A DNA stretch of 64,000 nt from a virus (lineage: Duplodnaviria; Heunggongvirae; Uroviricota; Caudoviricetes): the IMG/VR virus record IMGVR_UViG_2868597578_000002; one strand, 5' to 3'. The notes beneath the pieces were generated by a model that was not told where the DNA came from, ran no database searches, and saw nothing but the letters and a program-made list of their open reading frames with translations. Every line of letters begins with the position of its first letter. The first letter of the stretch is position 1. Below, piece after piece: positions 7,690 to 15,966 of the stretch. Position numbers and translations under genes: made by a program.

Positions 7690-8158
7690 GCCGCATTAGG
7701 ATATAAAGCGGGAATCCTCGGCAATTAAATTACCGAGATGAAAGCGACTAATAAATAAAAGTATCGCTTGCGTTTTTTTTAAAAAAATATATCCAAACAA
7801 GCAAATTTTTCAGCATATTATATATGAGCATAAAAGAGACGTTCTCTTACCTTAAGAATAGGTTGCTCATTACAATATAAAGCAGCGACCTGAAGCAAGT
7901 ATGCAAAAAAGAAATAGTCTCTGACTGTTACACCTTCTGTTTAAAACTTCAGGTCCATAGGAGCCTCGTCGTGTCCTGCTGTGGCATGTCTGCAGCCGGG
8001 CCTCTGTCCAGGGATATTTCTGGTGCATACGCTTGCATATGCGTTGGTTGTATTTCTCGCAGATAAAAGTAGTTGTTAGTTTACCTGGGTGTCTTCGGAT
8101 GCTAGGTGATTCAATTGCCGAGAGGTTCACGTCCCGGGTTCAAGTCCTGAATGCGGTG
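7690..8158 (+). pseudogene. tRNA relic split by IS200/IS605-type element; D- and anticodon arms lost
   Basis: 5' part GCCGCAT-TAG (7690-7699) pairs with ATGCGGT-G (8151-8158); GTCCCGGGTTCAAGTCCTG T-arm follows the element directly. Confidence 0.7.
7700..8130 (+). mobile_element. Non-autonomous IS200/IS605-type element, copy 1 (431 bp)
   Basis: Near-identical to 18560-18986; inserted 3' of TTAG, ends TCAC, subterminal hairpins CTCGGCAAT/ATTACCGAG and CTAGGTGAT/ATTGCCGAG; no TSD, no transposase. Confidence 0.85.
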
Positions 8159-8160
8159 TT

Positions 8161-8251
8161 GCAGATGTAAAACAGTGTTCTAGTCAGTATAGCTTTGGCA
8201 GTCGGTTCAATTCCGTCAGCGGGTAGCTCCTGCGAAAATTTTTGCATCTGC
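8161..8251 (+). ncRNA. Candidate structured RNA containing a T-loop motif
   Basis: 12-bp closing stem GCAGATGTAAAA/TTTTGCATCTGC encloses GTCGGTTCAATTCCGTC; no anticodon arm recognisable. Confidence 0.4.
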
Positions 8252-8256
8252 TCTTT

Positions 8257-8344
8257 GGAGTGTTGGCAGAGCAGGCTAATTGCACTGGATTGCTAATCCA
8301 GCGTCGCGTATCGCGGCACAAAGGTTCAAATCCTTTACACTCCG
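8257..8344 (+). tRNA. trnS: tRNA-Ser(GCT)
   Basis: GGAGTGT/ACACTCC; CTGGA-TT GCT AA-TCCAG; long variable arm. Confidence 0.92.
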
Positions 8345-8416
8345 TTTTGCAATATTGATGACTCGGTGAATTTACGTTCACCTTCGCCAGACACGTGCGG
8401 GAATCTCCCGCCCGAT

Positions 8417-8489
8417 GATGACGTCGCCAAGTGGTTTAAGGCAGCAGACTGCAACTCTGCCACCGTGAGTCCGAATCTCACCGTCATCT
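8417..8489 (+). tRNA. trnC: tRNA-Cys(GCA)
   Basis: GATGACG/CGTCATC; GCAGA-CT GCA AC-TCTGC; T-loop TCCGAAT. Confidence 0.88.
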
Positions 8490-8493
8490 TAAT

Positions 8494-8566
8494 GCCGGCA
8501 TGGCGCAGTTGGTAGCGCAACTGATTCGTAATCAGTAGGTCGCTGGTTCAAGTCCAGCTGTCGGCT
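8494..8566 (+). tRNA. trnT: tRNA-Thr(CGT)
   Basis: GCCGGCA/TGTCGGC; ACTGA-TT CGT AA-TCAGT. Confidence 0.92.
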
Positions 8567-8567
8567 C

Positions 8568-8640
8568 TCGGATGTATCTCAGATGGTAGAGTATGTGCCT
8601 GATATGCACATTGTCGAGCGTTCAAGTCGCTCCGTCCGAA
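8568..8640 (+). tRNA. trnI: tRNA-Ile(GAT)
   Basis: TCGGATG/CGTCCGA; TGTGC-CT GAT AT-GCACA. Confidence 0.85.
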
Positions 8641-8644
8641 TTTC

Positions 8645-8715
8645 AGCCGATTGGTGTAGTGGTAGCACGCCAGACTCTGACTCTGGAGATATAGGTCCGA
8701 TTCCTGTATTGGCTG
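8645..8715 (+). tRNA. trnQ: tRNA-Gln(CTG)
   Basis: AGCCGAT/ATTGGCT; CCAGA-CT CTG AC-TCTGG; T-loop TCCGATT. Confidence 0.85.
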
Positions 8716-8803
8716 TTAAAAATATAAGAAAAAAAAGAGGTAAAAATAATGAAACGATTAGATAGCCTGCGAGGAGCAGGTGATAAGGAAAAAAATTAAG
8801 TTT

Positions 8804-8892
8804 GCACCAGTGGCGGAACAGGCAGACGCATTGGACTTAAAATCCAAAGAAGTTTAATTATCTTCGTGAGAGTTCAAGTCTCTCCTGGCGCA
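8804..8892 (+). tRNA. trnL: tRNA-Leu(TAA)
   Basis: GCACCAG/CTGGCGC; TTGGA-CT TAA AA-TCCAA; long variable arm. Confidence 0.9.
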
Positions 8893-8896
8893 TTTT

Positions 8897-8979
8897 CGCA
8901 GTGTGTCGGAATTCGGAAGACGAGGTTGACTCAAAATCAATTGCTGAAAAGCGTGCAAGTTCAAATCTTGTCACTGCGA
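8897..8979 (+). tRNA. trnL: tRNA-Leu(CAA)
   Basis: CGCAGTG/CACTGCG; GTTGA-CT CAA AA-TCAAT. Confidence 0.9.
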
Positions 8980-8984
8980 TTTAT

Positions 8985-9066
8985 GTCCATATGGCGGAAT
9001 TGGCAGACGCGCATGATTTAGGCTCATGTGCTGAAAGGCGTGAGAGTTCAAGTCTCTCTATGGACA
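8985..9066 (+). tRNA. trnL: tRNA-Leu(TAG)
   Basis: GTCCATA/TATGGAC; CATGA-TT TAG GC-TCATG. Confidence 0.92.
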
Positions 9067-9073
9067 CTATGTT

Positions 9074-9137
9074 AAACAGCTAGTAAAATCTGGCTGTTTC
9101 TTTTGTTAAAAAGCCCAGCAATTTTCTTGCTGGGCTT
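9074..9137. terminator. Back-to-back terminators ending the tRNA array and the convergent gene
   Basis: AAACAGCTAG/CTGGCTGTTT + T-run; AAGCCCAGCAA/TTGCTGGGCTT. Confidence 0.7.
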
Positions 9138-9143
9138 GTGTTT

Positions 9144-10328
9144 TTATTCATCTACATTGGAATTTGAAACAAATCCAGAGCTGGCCTCATTTTTATTCGG
9201 AATTTCGGCATATCCGAGTTTATTGAGTTTGAGCTTAACGTTTTTGCCTTTTTTTAATTTTTTCCACTCAGAATATTTCATTGTATACTCTTTTGTTACA
9301 TCTTTATTTTTTTTGTTTTTATATGTAATAATGACAGAATATCTCTCTGTTTTTATTCCAGTCTTTTGCTTGCTACCAAGTTTAGGCTTCGACCAATAAG
9401 GTTTTTGGTCATTTCCAGCCGACACTGCGTGGTCTACAGTTTGCCATCTATCTATTTCATAATAATACTTTGTAGCATATACCGGTTCTTGTCGGTAAAC
9501 AGGTTCCTGGTGCGTTTCCGTATAAGTTTCGTTACGGTAAACGGGTGTGTAGTAAGCATGTTTCTCAAAATAACCATTGCCAAGGTCCTTGTAAGACGTA
9601 TGAGCCTCGTTATGGTCAAATACCGGTCTGGTTTTTGTTTCTGTAACTGTTTTGTAATGGTCTATAATCGGTTGGTATTCTTTAATTTCAGATTGCGTAT
9701 ATTGCAGCCGTGCATCAGATGGCAAGGACCAATCACTTTCATTGCATGTGATAAATTCTTCAATTCCGATGCTGCGTTCCCATTTAAAGTCGTTTACAGT
9801 CACTTCTTTTAGGTTTGGAATAAAAAGCGAAACAATAAAGGCAATGATAAGTCCAATTCCTGTGAGTCCAAGCAAACCGGCAATGACTGCTTTAAGATTA
9901 AAGCCGCTTCCGGCATTAGAAGAATAACTTTGAGTGCTAAAAGATGATTCTTCGTAATTCTTTGTGTTTTCTTCGGTATCGCCTACTGTATTTCTGCCCG
10001 AATAATGAGAATCGTTTTTTGCTTTTTCACCCTGTTCCTGCCGCATTTCAAAATAGTTCTTTTCAGAATCGTCTTTTGTTGCGTTGCAGTTACGGCAATT
10101 ATTATCAGTATCCTTATTTAAGCTGCCACAGAAACTACATTGCCAGTCTGGGTTGCGGCTGATTTTTGAAGCCTCTTCCTCCGGAACATAAGTAATAGCA
10201 TCCGGAAGATAAAACTTCGTATTTTCATCCTGCGGATGTCCGCAATGAGGACAGTTTTTGAGACTTGCTTTAATCTTTTTTGAGCCGCAATATGGACAAT
10301 CCCAAAGTCCTTCCACTAATTTTCCCAT
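9144..10328 (-). CDS. Zn-ribbon membrane protein, paralog 1
   Basis: Start at MGKLVEGLWDCPYC (AAGGAG RBS); four CxxC pairs, single TM, extracellular-like C-terminus. Confidence 0.8.
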   Translation of the reverse strand: MGKLVEGLWDCPYCGSKKIKASLKNCPHCGHPQDENTKFYLPDAITYVPEEEASKISRNPDWQCSFCGSLNKDTDNNCRNCNATKDDSEKNYFEMRQEQGEKAKNDSHYSGRNTVGDTEENTKNYEESSFSTQSYSSNAGSGFNLKAVIAGLLGLTGIGLIIAFIVSLFIPNLKEVTVNDFKWERSIGIEEFITCNESDWSLPSDARLQYTQSEIKEYQPIIDHYKTVTETKTRPVFDHNEAHTSYKDLGNGYFEKHAYYTPVYRNETYTETHQEPVYRQEPVYATKYYYEIDRWQTVDHAVSAGNDQKPYWSKPKLGSKQKTGIKTERYSVIITYKNKKNKDVTKEYTMKYSEWKKLKKGKNVKLKLNKLGYAEIPNKNEASSGFVSNSNVDE

Positions 10329-10426
10329 AAATTTTCTCCTTTCTTGTTTGTAAAACATTTACAAAATCAATATGCAGAAAGACAAAAATATAAAATAAAT
10401 AAAAAAGGATACCAAAAAACAGTATC

Positions 10427-10747
10427 CTAAATAAATTCATCTCGTCGTTTATAGAATTCTTTATAAAACGCTTTAGCTTCTTCAAGATTCTTCAGCATGA
10501 TTGCCATATCCTCAATAGAAACGGCAGGAATTAAAAACTGCGGATTGCCGGTTTCCAAAAATTTAATGGTAATTCCAAAGACCGGGTCTTTTGGTTTTAC
10601 TACGATGTGTTTTTCAATTCCATCGTCTGAAATTTTAAGGATTTGGCCATATCCGTAATATTCTTTTGTCGTCAGAAATTTGCTTTTCTTTTCTGTAACA
10701 AATTTGATATTGTTTGACATGTTTTTGTTCTCTCTTTCTGTCTGCAT
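10427..10747 (-). CDS. Hypothetical protein
   Basis: Protein-like from MQTERENKNMSNN...; the ORF-track extension to 10921 overlaps the neighbouring gene. Confidence 0.6.
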   Translation of the reverse strand: MQTERENKNMSNNIKFVTEKKSKFLTTKEYYGYGQILKISDDGIEKHIVVKPKDPVFGITIKFLETGNPQFLIPAVSIEDMAIMLKNLEEAKAFYKEFYKRRDEFI

Positions 10748-10748
10748 T

Positions 10749-11180
10749 TTAATCTCTTTCCGGTTCAGCATCAACAGTTTGCTCAGGATGTACCATCGAA
10801 AGGTTGCGGCCTGTACGGTCATCAAACATTTCAACTGTAGCATCCCTGCAAAAGTCAGCAATCGCATATCGGTCGTTGATGTCTCCGGAAAAGATTTTTT
10901 CAACGCCTTCCATTTCTGCAAAACGGTTCAGACGCTTAACGCCAATTATTGCGCGTTCGTGGTGCGCCCTGCGGTTGTGGTCAAGTTTTTCAATTCGGTC
11001 ACGCAGTTCCTGACCTTCATAATTAATGCGAATAATTGGGAGAGCTGTTTCCATCATGTGCACTGCATACACATATTCGCCAAGAGCTCTCGTGTCGCTT
11101 TCTATGATATCCAGCATATCGCGGTCATTTTTGCATACGTTAACGAGATTTAAGAATTTTTCTTTAATCAATTTTTTCAC
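10749..11180 (-). CDS. Helical plasmid-type protein, DUF3232-like (tentative)
   Basis: GTG start after AAAGGA; DxxRRxxHxxAI..V..LNR motif recalled from DUF3232. Confidence 0.55.
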   Translation of the reverse strand: MKKLIKEKFLNLVNVCKNDRDMLDIIESDTRALGEYVYAVHMMETALPIIRINYEGQELRDRIEKLDHNRRAHHERAIIGVKRLNRFAEMEGVEKIFSGDINDRYAIADFCRDATVEMFDDRTGRNLSMVHPEQTVDAEPERD

Positions 11181-11318
11181 CGTCCTTTTTGTTTTGTCGG
11201 CTATAATATGCAGGTTTTGGAAAAATTCTAAAAAGCAAGCAGTTAACATATGCAAAAAAAAACATAAAAAACCACCCGGAAGAATTAATCTTCCGGGTGT
11301 ACTTATGTATCGTGTTCT

Positions 11319-12401
11319 TTAATCCTTGTTTATCTCCGCAAATCCGTCCACCTCAATCTTAAGCTTTATTTCTTCGCCTTTTTCCAATTCATTCCACTCA
11401 GAAAAAGCCATCTCGTATTTTTCCGTTTCTGTTTCGTCTTTCTTTTTCTGATATGTGGCTGTTACAAAATAATGCTCATTTTTATCACCGGTCCGCTGGC
11501 CGTCTTTAAGCTTTGGTTTCGGCCAGGATGGATTCTGACCATGTCCGGAACTTTTTGCGGTGTCTGTGACAGTCCACCGGTCAATCTCGTAATAGTATTT
11601 CGTAGCATACACGGGTTCCTGTCGGTAGACGGGTTTTTGTACATTCTCGGTGTATGTTTCCGTCGTGTATACAGGAACATTTTTGGTATGCTCTTCAAAA
11701 TATCCGTTGCCGAGGTTTTTGTAAGAGCTGCGTTTTTCGTAGTGGTCTATTACTCTTCTAGTTCGGGTCTCTGTTACGGTTTTGTAATGGTCTAGAACGT
11801 CTTTGTATGTCTTGACTTCATTTCGGGTATATTGCAGCCGCGCGCCATCTGGAAGTGTCCATCCGCTTTCGTCATAAGTGACGATTTCTTCAACGTCAAT
11901 CGTTCTTTGCCATTCAAAATCATCAATCGTGACGTTCCTGACCTTTGGCGAGAAACAGGATACCAATCCAAAAATAACAAATGCGATTGCTGCAAAGGCT
12001 CCGATAAGAAGCAATATGCTTTTCAGAAAAGATTTTCTTGGTTTTTCTGACTCGCTTCTTTGAGAAGGTGCTTTTTGCTCTTCTTTTTTACGTTTCTTTT
12101 CCTCTTCCTGCTTCCGCATTTCAAAATAGTTTCGTTCAGATTCCTCTTTTGTAGCGCCGCAGTTTACGCATGAATCCAGGTTATCGCTGTTAAGGCTGCC
12201 GCAGAAAGAACACTGCCAGTCCGGATTGCGGCTGATTTTTTCTGCTTTTTCTTCAGGTACATATTCTACAGTATCGGGCATATAAAATTTTGTGCTTTCG
12301 TCCTGTGGATGTCCACAATTTGGGCATGTTTTTTGCCCTGCCCTGATTCGTTTGTTGTCGCAGAATGGGCAGTCCCAAAGCCCTTCAACAAGTTTTCCCA
12401 T
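11319..12401 (-). CDS. Zn-ribbon membrane protein, paralog 2
   Basis: Shares MGKLVEGLWDCP, KISRNPDWQCSFCGSLN and YRQEPVYATKYYYEIDRW with 9144-10328. Confidence 0.85.
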   Translation of the reverse strand: MGKLVEGLWDCPFCDNKRIRAGQKTCPNCGHPQDESTKFYMPDTVEYVPEEKAEKISRNPDWQCSFCGSLNSDNLDSCVNCGATKEESERNYFEMRKQEEEKKRKKEEQKAPSQRSESEKPRKSFLKSILLLIGAFAAIAFVIFGLVSCFSPKVRNVTIDDFEWQRTIDVEEIVTYDESGWTLPDGARLQYTRNEVKTYKDVLDHYKTVTETRTRRVIDHYEKRSSYKNLGNGYFEEHTKNVPVYTTETYTENVQKPVYRQEPVYATKYYYEIDRWTVTDTAKSSGHGQNPSWPKPKLKDGQRTGDKNEHYFVTATYQKKKDETETEKYEMAFSEWNELEKGEEIKLKIEVDGFAEINKD

Positions 12402-12578
12402 AAGAGCATCTCCTTTCGTAGGTAATATTTGTTAATTACATTATATATTTAAGATGCTTAAAAAACATAGTCTTGAAACGCCTTCTCTGATTTTTTTTTG
12501 TTCTTCTATTCTTCGGCATATTAAATCAATACAGAAGCAAGTAAATGCATCGGAAAGAGAGAAGGAAGGTGATGCTGA

Positions 12579-12845
12579 ATGAGTTTATTTGGTAATTTTG
12601 GTTGTATGGAATGTAATCATATTTATGAATTTAAGTGTGATTTTGATGCTTACCTGTGCGGAGTTGGAAGAGTGCAGGTTGGAAAAGGCGCTGTCTGTGA
12701 ATGTAGGAGCAATGGTAGCCTGTATTTTCTGAATTCCAAGAACTACCTGCCATATGAGGCGGTGCAGCTAATTGCAGCAAATCCTGTTGAATATCTGAAT
12801 GATATCACGGCTATGTTACAGGACATCAGAAAGGAGAAAAAATGA
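12579..12845 (+). CDS. Hypothetical protein, Cys-containing
   Basis: 88 aa, GGAAGGTG RBS, GCATATTA motif at 12516. Confidence 0.6.
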   Translation: MSLFGNFGCMECNHIYEFKCDFDAYLCGVGRVQVGKGAVCECRSNGSLYFLNSKNYLPYEAVQLIAANPVEYLNDITAMLQDIRKEKK

Positions 12846-13405
12846 AAGACAAGTTTTCAGAATGGCTAAAGAAAATTCAAAAAGTACATCCAAAAGCAGA
12901 TGCAGAGGTATTGCGATTCATTTACGATTTTTCAGTAAAGCAGGGATATGGCGAAGCAGAAGAGGTATTATATCAGCAGTTCGCAAGTGGATACTGCTAT
13001 TATTTCGCATGCATGCTGAAAGCAGCATTTAACCGTGGAGAAATATGCTGGGCGGCTCCGTTCGGTCACATTGTATGGATGGACGAGAACAGTGTTCCAT
13101 ACGATATTTCAGGTGTTAATGAATCTGAAACAGATGATTACATTCCGGAATATATGATGGGCAACACAATCAATGATTTCAAACATATTAGCGGAAGAGA
13201 ATATGACACACCAAAATGGCAAATTGAGCAGATGATTTCGGAATGGCATGACATTAAGTCAGAAGAATTCGGCGGTAATGTAACAAAGATAAAGACGAAA
13301 GAAGAGGCACAAAAATATTTAAAGTCATATATCGTATTTGAGGTGGATTACAATGGCGCGTATGCTAAAAAGCGGAAGTATCTGAGAAAAAAATTTGGGA
13401 TTTAA
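12842..13405 (+). CDS. Hypothetical protein (GYCYYFA...H...D papain-like motif possible)
   Basis: 187 aa, overlaps upstream stop; terminator at 13411-13441. Confidence 0.7.
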   Translation: MKDKFSEWLKKIQKVHPKADAEVLRFIYDFSVKQGYGEAEEVLYQQFASGYCYYFACMLKAAFNRGEICWAAPFGHIVWMDENSVPYDISGVNESETDDYIPEYMMGNTINDFKHISGREYDTPKWQIEQMISEWHDIKSEEFGGNVTKIKTKEEAQKYLKSYIVFEVDYNGAYAKKRKYLRKKFGI

Positions 13406-13702
13406 AAATTGCAGTCTCTCGGTAGAGAGGCTGTTTTTTTTGTGTGTACAAAAAAAAGCTCTCTGCTGTAGCAAAGAACTTGTTTTTTTGAAGTTATATG
13501 GCTGGGCGGTGTATCCAGCATCTCAGGTACTCCAAATGGAGTGTGTCGGGAACCATTTCCGACCTCATACGACATATATAGTATCGCATATTATACGTGA
13601 TATGTCCATATCTATAGAAACTTATAAAAAAATCGCAAAAAATTCTCTACATATCAAAAATTCAAGCATATTAAATACAGAACATCGGAAAGGAGAAAAA
13701 AG

Positions 13703-15457
13703 ATGATATTTGATGTGCTAACAGAACCATGGATGGGAGTGATTGATAAAGAAACAGGAGAGGTGCTTAAAGTCGGATTGAGAGATTATATCGTCAACGC
13801 TCATATGTATAAATGCAGTGCTGAAAGCAAAGACTTTGCTATTATCAGAAGACTACAGCAGAGATTAGCTGAAGCAGTTGTTATTGATATTTATGGAAGA
13901 GCCGTAAACGATGAGCTAATGTCGGTCTTTAATAATGGCCGGTTTGATGCTGACAAAATTGATGCATATTTTGATGAGTGTATAAAAAACGGAACATCAT
14001 TTGACCTGTTTGATGAAGAAAAGCCATTCATGCAGGTTGATGCAAAAACTGCAGAAAGTGTATTCAAGGAAAATAGTATTACATCAGTTTCTTCAATTAA
14101 TGCAAAGCAATGTGGGGGAAATAATAAAGTATTTTTTCAGCATGTAGATGTTAATAATTACATTGAAAATATTGGAGGAGTAGATAATAGAGATTCATAT
14201 TATGATGAAGCACAAATTGACGGGCGACATATTGAACTTGCAAATAGTGTAAAATTTGACGAATATATGAATTTAATTTTAATGGAGAGCTGCATTGCTG
14301 GTATGAGAGGTCAGTCATATGTTACAGGACTTATTTGTATTCCAAGTCCTCCTGCCATGTATCATTTTGATGCGGCGGAAGATAAAAGCTTATTTTCAAG
14401 TATTTTATTAAACATCGCTAATGATGATTCCGGATGTGATGACGGTATGCCAGTTTGGAAGTGGGATTCATACAACTATGCGGTAAATTCAATGCTGCAA
14501 AAGAAGTATCAGGTTCCCCTGCTTGAAGGTATGTTTTTCCCGGTAACTTATCTGCGTCCTGATTACAGCTCTATTGATATGGAAAAGAAGACTATCAAGA
14601 GAATTTATAAATCAATAATGCTGTTCAAAGCACCAGATGGTTCCGATATGATGAAAATAGCAAGACAATCCTGGCTGATAAATAAAGAGCCATCGGTTAC
14701 GGTTATTCTTAAGTCAAAAGACAAAGACGTGATGACCGGTATGGAGTTTACAAATTCAAATGAAGTATGGATGGGGATTAAGGCATATGCAAATATCTTT
14801 GGTAACCATTCTGCTCCGCGAGTGCTAAGGAGTTCATTGTATGATGCATTATTTGCAGCAGACTTAAGGCTGAAAGTCAGAAGGGGAGAAGCCGATGGAG
14901 ATGAGACTGTAAAGACTGAAATGACGGCATACTATGTTTCTAAGGATAGGGGCTCGTTTCTATCACAGGGGAAATATCCGTGTATGCTTCCGGAGTGTAT
15001 TTTGGATGACCAGTTAACAAAACAGGCTACGGATATGTTTATAGATATGATAGGTATGGAGTATGTACCATATGGAAGTAATAAGAATAAAGCAGGTATT
15101 GCAAAACGCTTGCAGCAGAGAATTGGTGATATTGAAACTGCTTTGTCTTCAATTGGAGAACAGCTCTTTACGAAGAATAAATTTGACCTGGTGACCGTTC
15201 GGAATACTACGATGAACAGGTATTGGAGATATTGCGAAAATCTATTTAAAAATTTCTTCATTCCGGATATCGATGGTATAAAAAAGTCAGCATACTGTAA
15301 CCAAGAGGAATACATGGAAGCATTAAGAAGCATAGTAGATAAGTATGTTGATAATGCATCAGGATATGCAAACAGGTTAATATACAGTATTCCGATTCCG
15401 AAAGGCAAGAGCATTGCTGTGAGAAAAGCATTAGCAAAGAACGGAGGTAAAAAATGA
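13703..15457 (+). CDS. cas8e: Type I-E Cascade large subunit Cas8e (Cse1/CasA), divergent
   Basis: N-terminal FDVLTEPWMGV...GLRDYIVNAH, FDLFDEEKPFMQ; first gene of the cas operon. Confidence 0.8.
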   Translation: MIFDVLTEPWMGVIDKETGEVLKVGLRDYIVNAHMYKCSAESKDFAIIRRLQQRLAEAVVIDIYGRAVNDELMSVFNNGRFDADKIDAYFDECIKNGTSFDLFDEEKPFMQVDAKTAESVFKENSITSVSSINAKQCGGNNKVFFQHVDVNNYIENIGGVDNRDSYYDEAQIDGRHIELANSVKFDEYMNLILMESCIAGMRGQSYVTGLICIPSPPAMYHFDAAEDKSLFSSILLNIANDDSGCDDGMPVWKWDSYNYAVNSMLQKKYQVPLLEGMFFPVTYLRPDYSSIDMEKKTIKRIYKSIMLFKAPDGSDMMKIARQSWLINKEPSVTVILKSKDKDVMTGMEFTNSNEVWMGIKAYANIFGNHSAPRVLRSSLYDALFAADLRLKVRRGEADGDETVKTEMTAYYVSKDRGSFLSQGKYPCMLPECILDDQLTKQATDMFIDMIGMEYVPYGSNKNKAGIAKRLQQRIGDIETALSSIGEQLFTKNKFDLVTVRNTTMNRYWRYCENLFKNFFIPDIDGIKKSAYCNQEEYMEALRSIVDKYVDNASGYANRLIYSIPIPKGKSIAVRKALAKNGGKK

Positions 15458-15966
15458 ATTATAAAGAAACCCGCGAACAGGTTGATATGATTCTGGAACG
15501 TGTAAAGGCATTGGATAATGCAAAAAAGATACAGCTGCGCCGAGCGTATAATATCAGTTTTGACGAATTGCGAGGATTCCAGCAGATAACGATTAAAAAT
15601 ATCCTGAAAGATACCCCATGGTGTTATGCCGGATATATGAGGGATTTTATCGTTGATATGTGCGGCATATATGTGCAGCAGGAATGCAAAGAAGGAGACC
15701 CGTTTGAATATTACCTGCATGAAATATATGATGAGGGTTCTGCGGCAGTACAGCAAAAAATCGGTTATCTCGTTGATGAGGATGAGAAAGCAATCTTAAT
15801 AAGATACATAAAAAGATATATAAAAATGTGTAAAAAGGGCACTAAAATTGACACAGCAAAACTGATGACGGATATTCTGTGCTGGCCATATTACAACACA
15901 AGAAATGAGTGGATTGATGTAATTGCCGGCGTTAAAAAAATTGATAAGAAAAAGGAGAAAAAATAA
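15454..15966 (+). CDS. cas11: Type I-E small subunit Cas11 (Cse2/CasB), divergent
   Basis: 170 aa helical protein between cas8e and cas7; LRRA..., L..DIL.W...NEW pattern. Confidence 0.7.
   Translation: MNYKETREQVDMILERVKALDNAKKIQLRRAYNISFDELRGFQQITIKNILKDTPWCYAGYMRDFIVDMCGIYVQQECKEGDPFEYYLHEIYDEGSAAVQQKIGYLVDEDEKAILIRYIKRYIKMCKKGTKIDTAKLMTDILCWPYYNTRNEWIDVIAGVKKIDKKKEKK

Noticed and set aside
7870-8130. 86-aa minus-strand ORF (and its copy within 18729-19253) as transposase or TnpB remnant
   Set aside because: No HUH, RuvC or Zn-finger motifs; it is antisense to a structured RNA and in copy 2 simply reads through CRISPR repeats.
4417-9083. Many 60-120-aa ORF-track entries overlapping tRNA genes
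   Set aside because: They overlap well-formed tRNAs, lack RBSs and have non-protein-like composition.
12579-13405. cas1/cas2/cas4 or anti-CRISPR genes upstream of the cas operon
   Set aside because: No recognisable Cas motifs; separated from cas8e by a terminator and a new promoter; Acr status cannot be judged from sequence.
14932-15756. 274-aa antisense ORF inside cas8e/cas11
   Set aside because: Shadow ORF of AT-rich coding sequence; no RBS and no motif.
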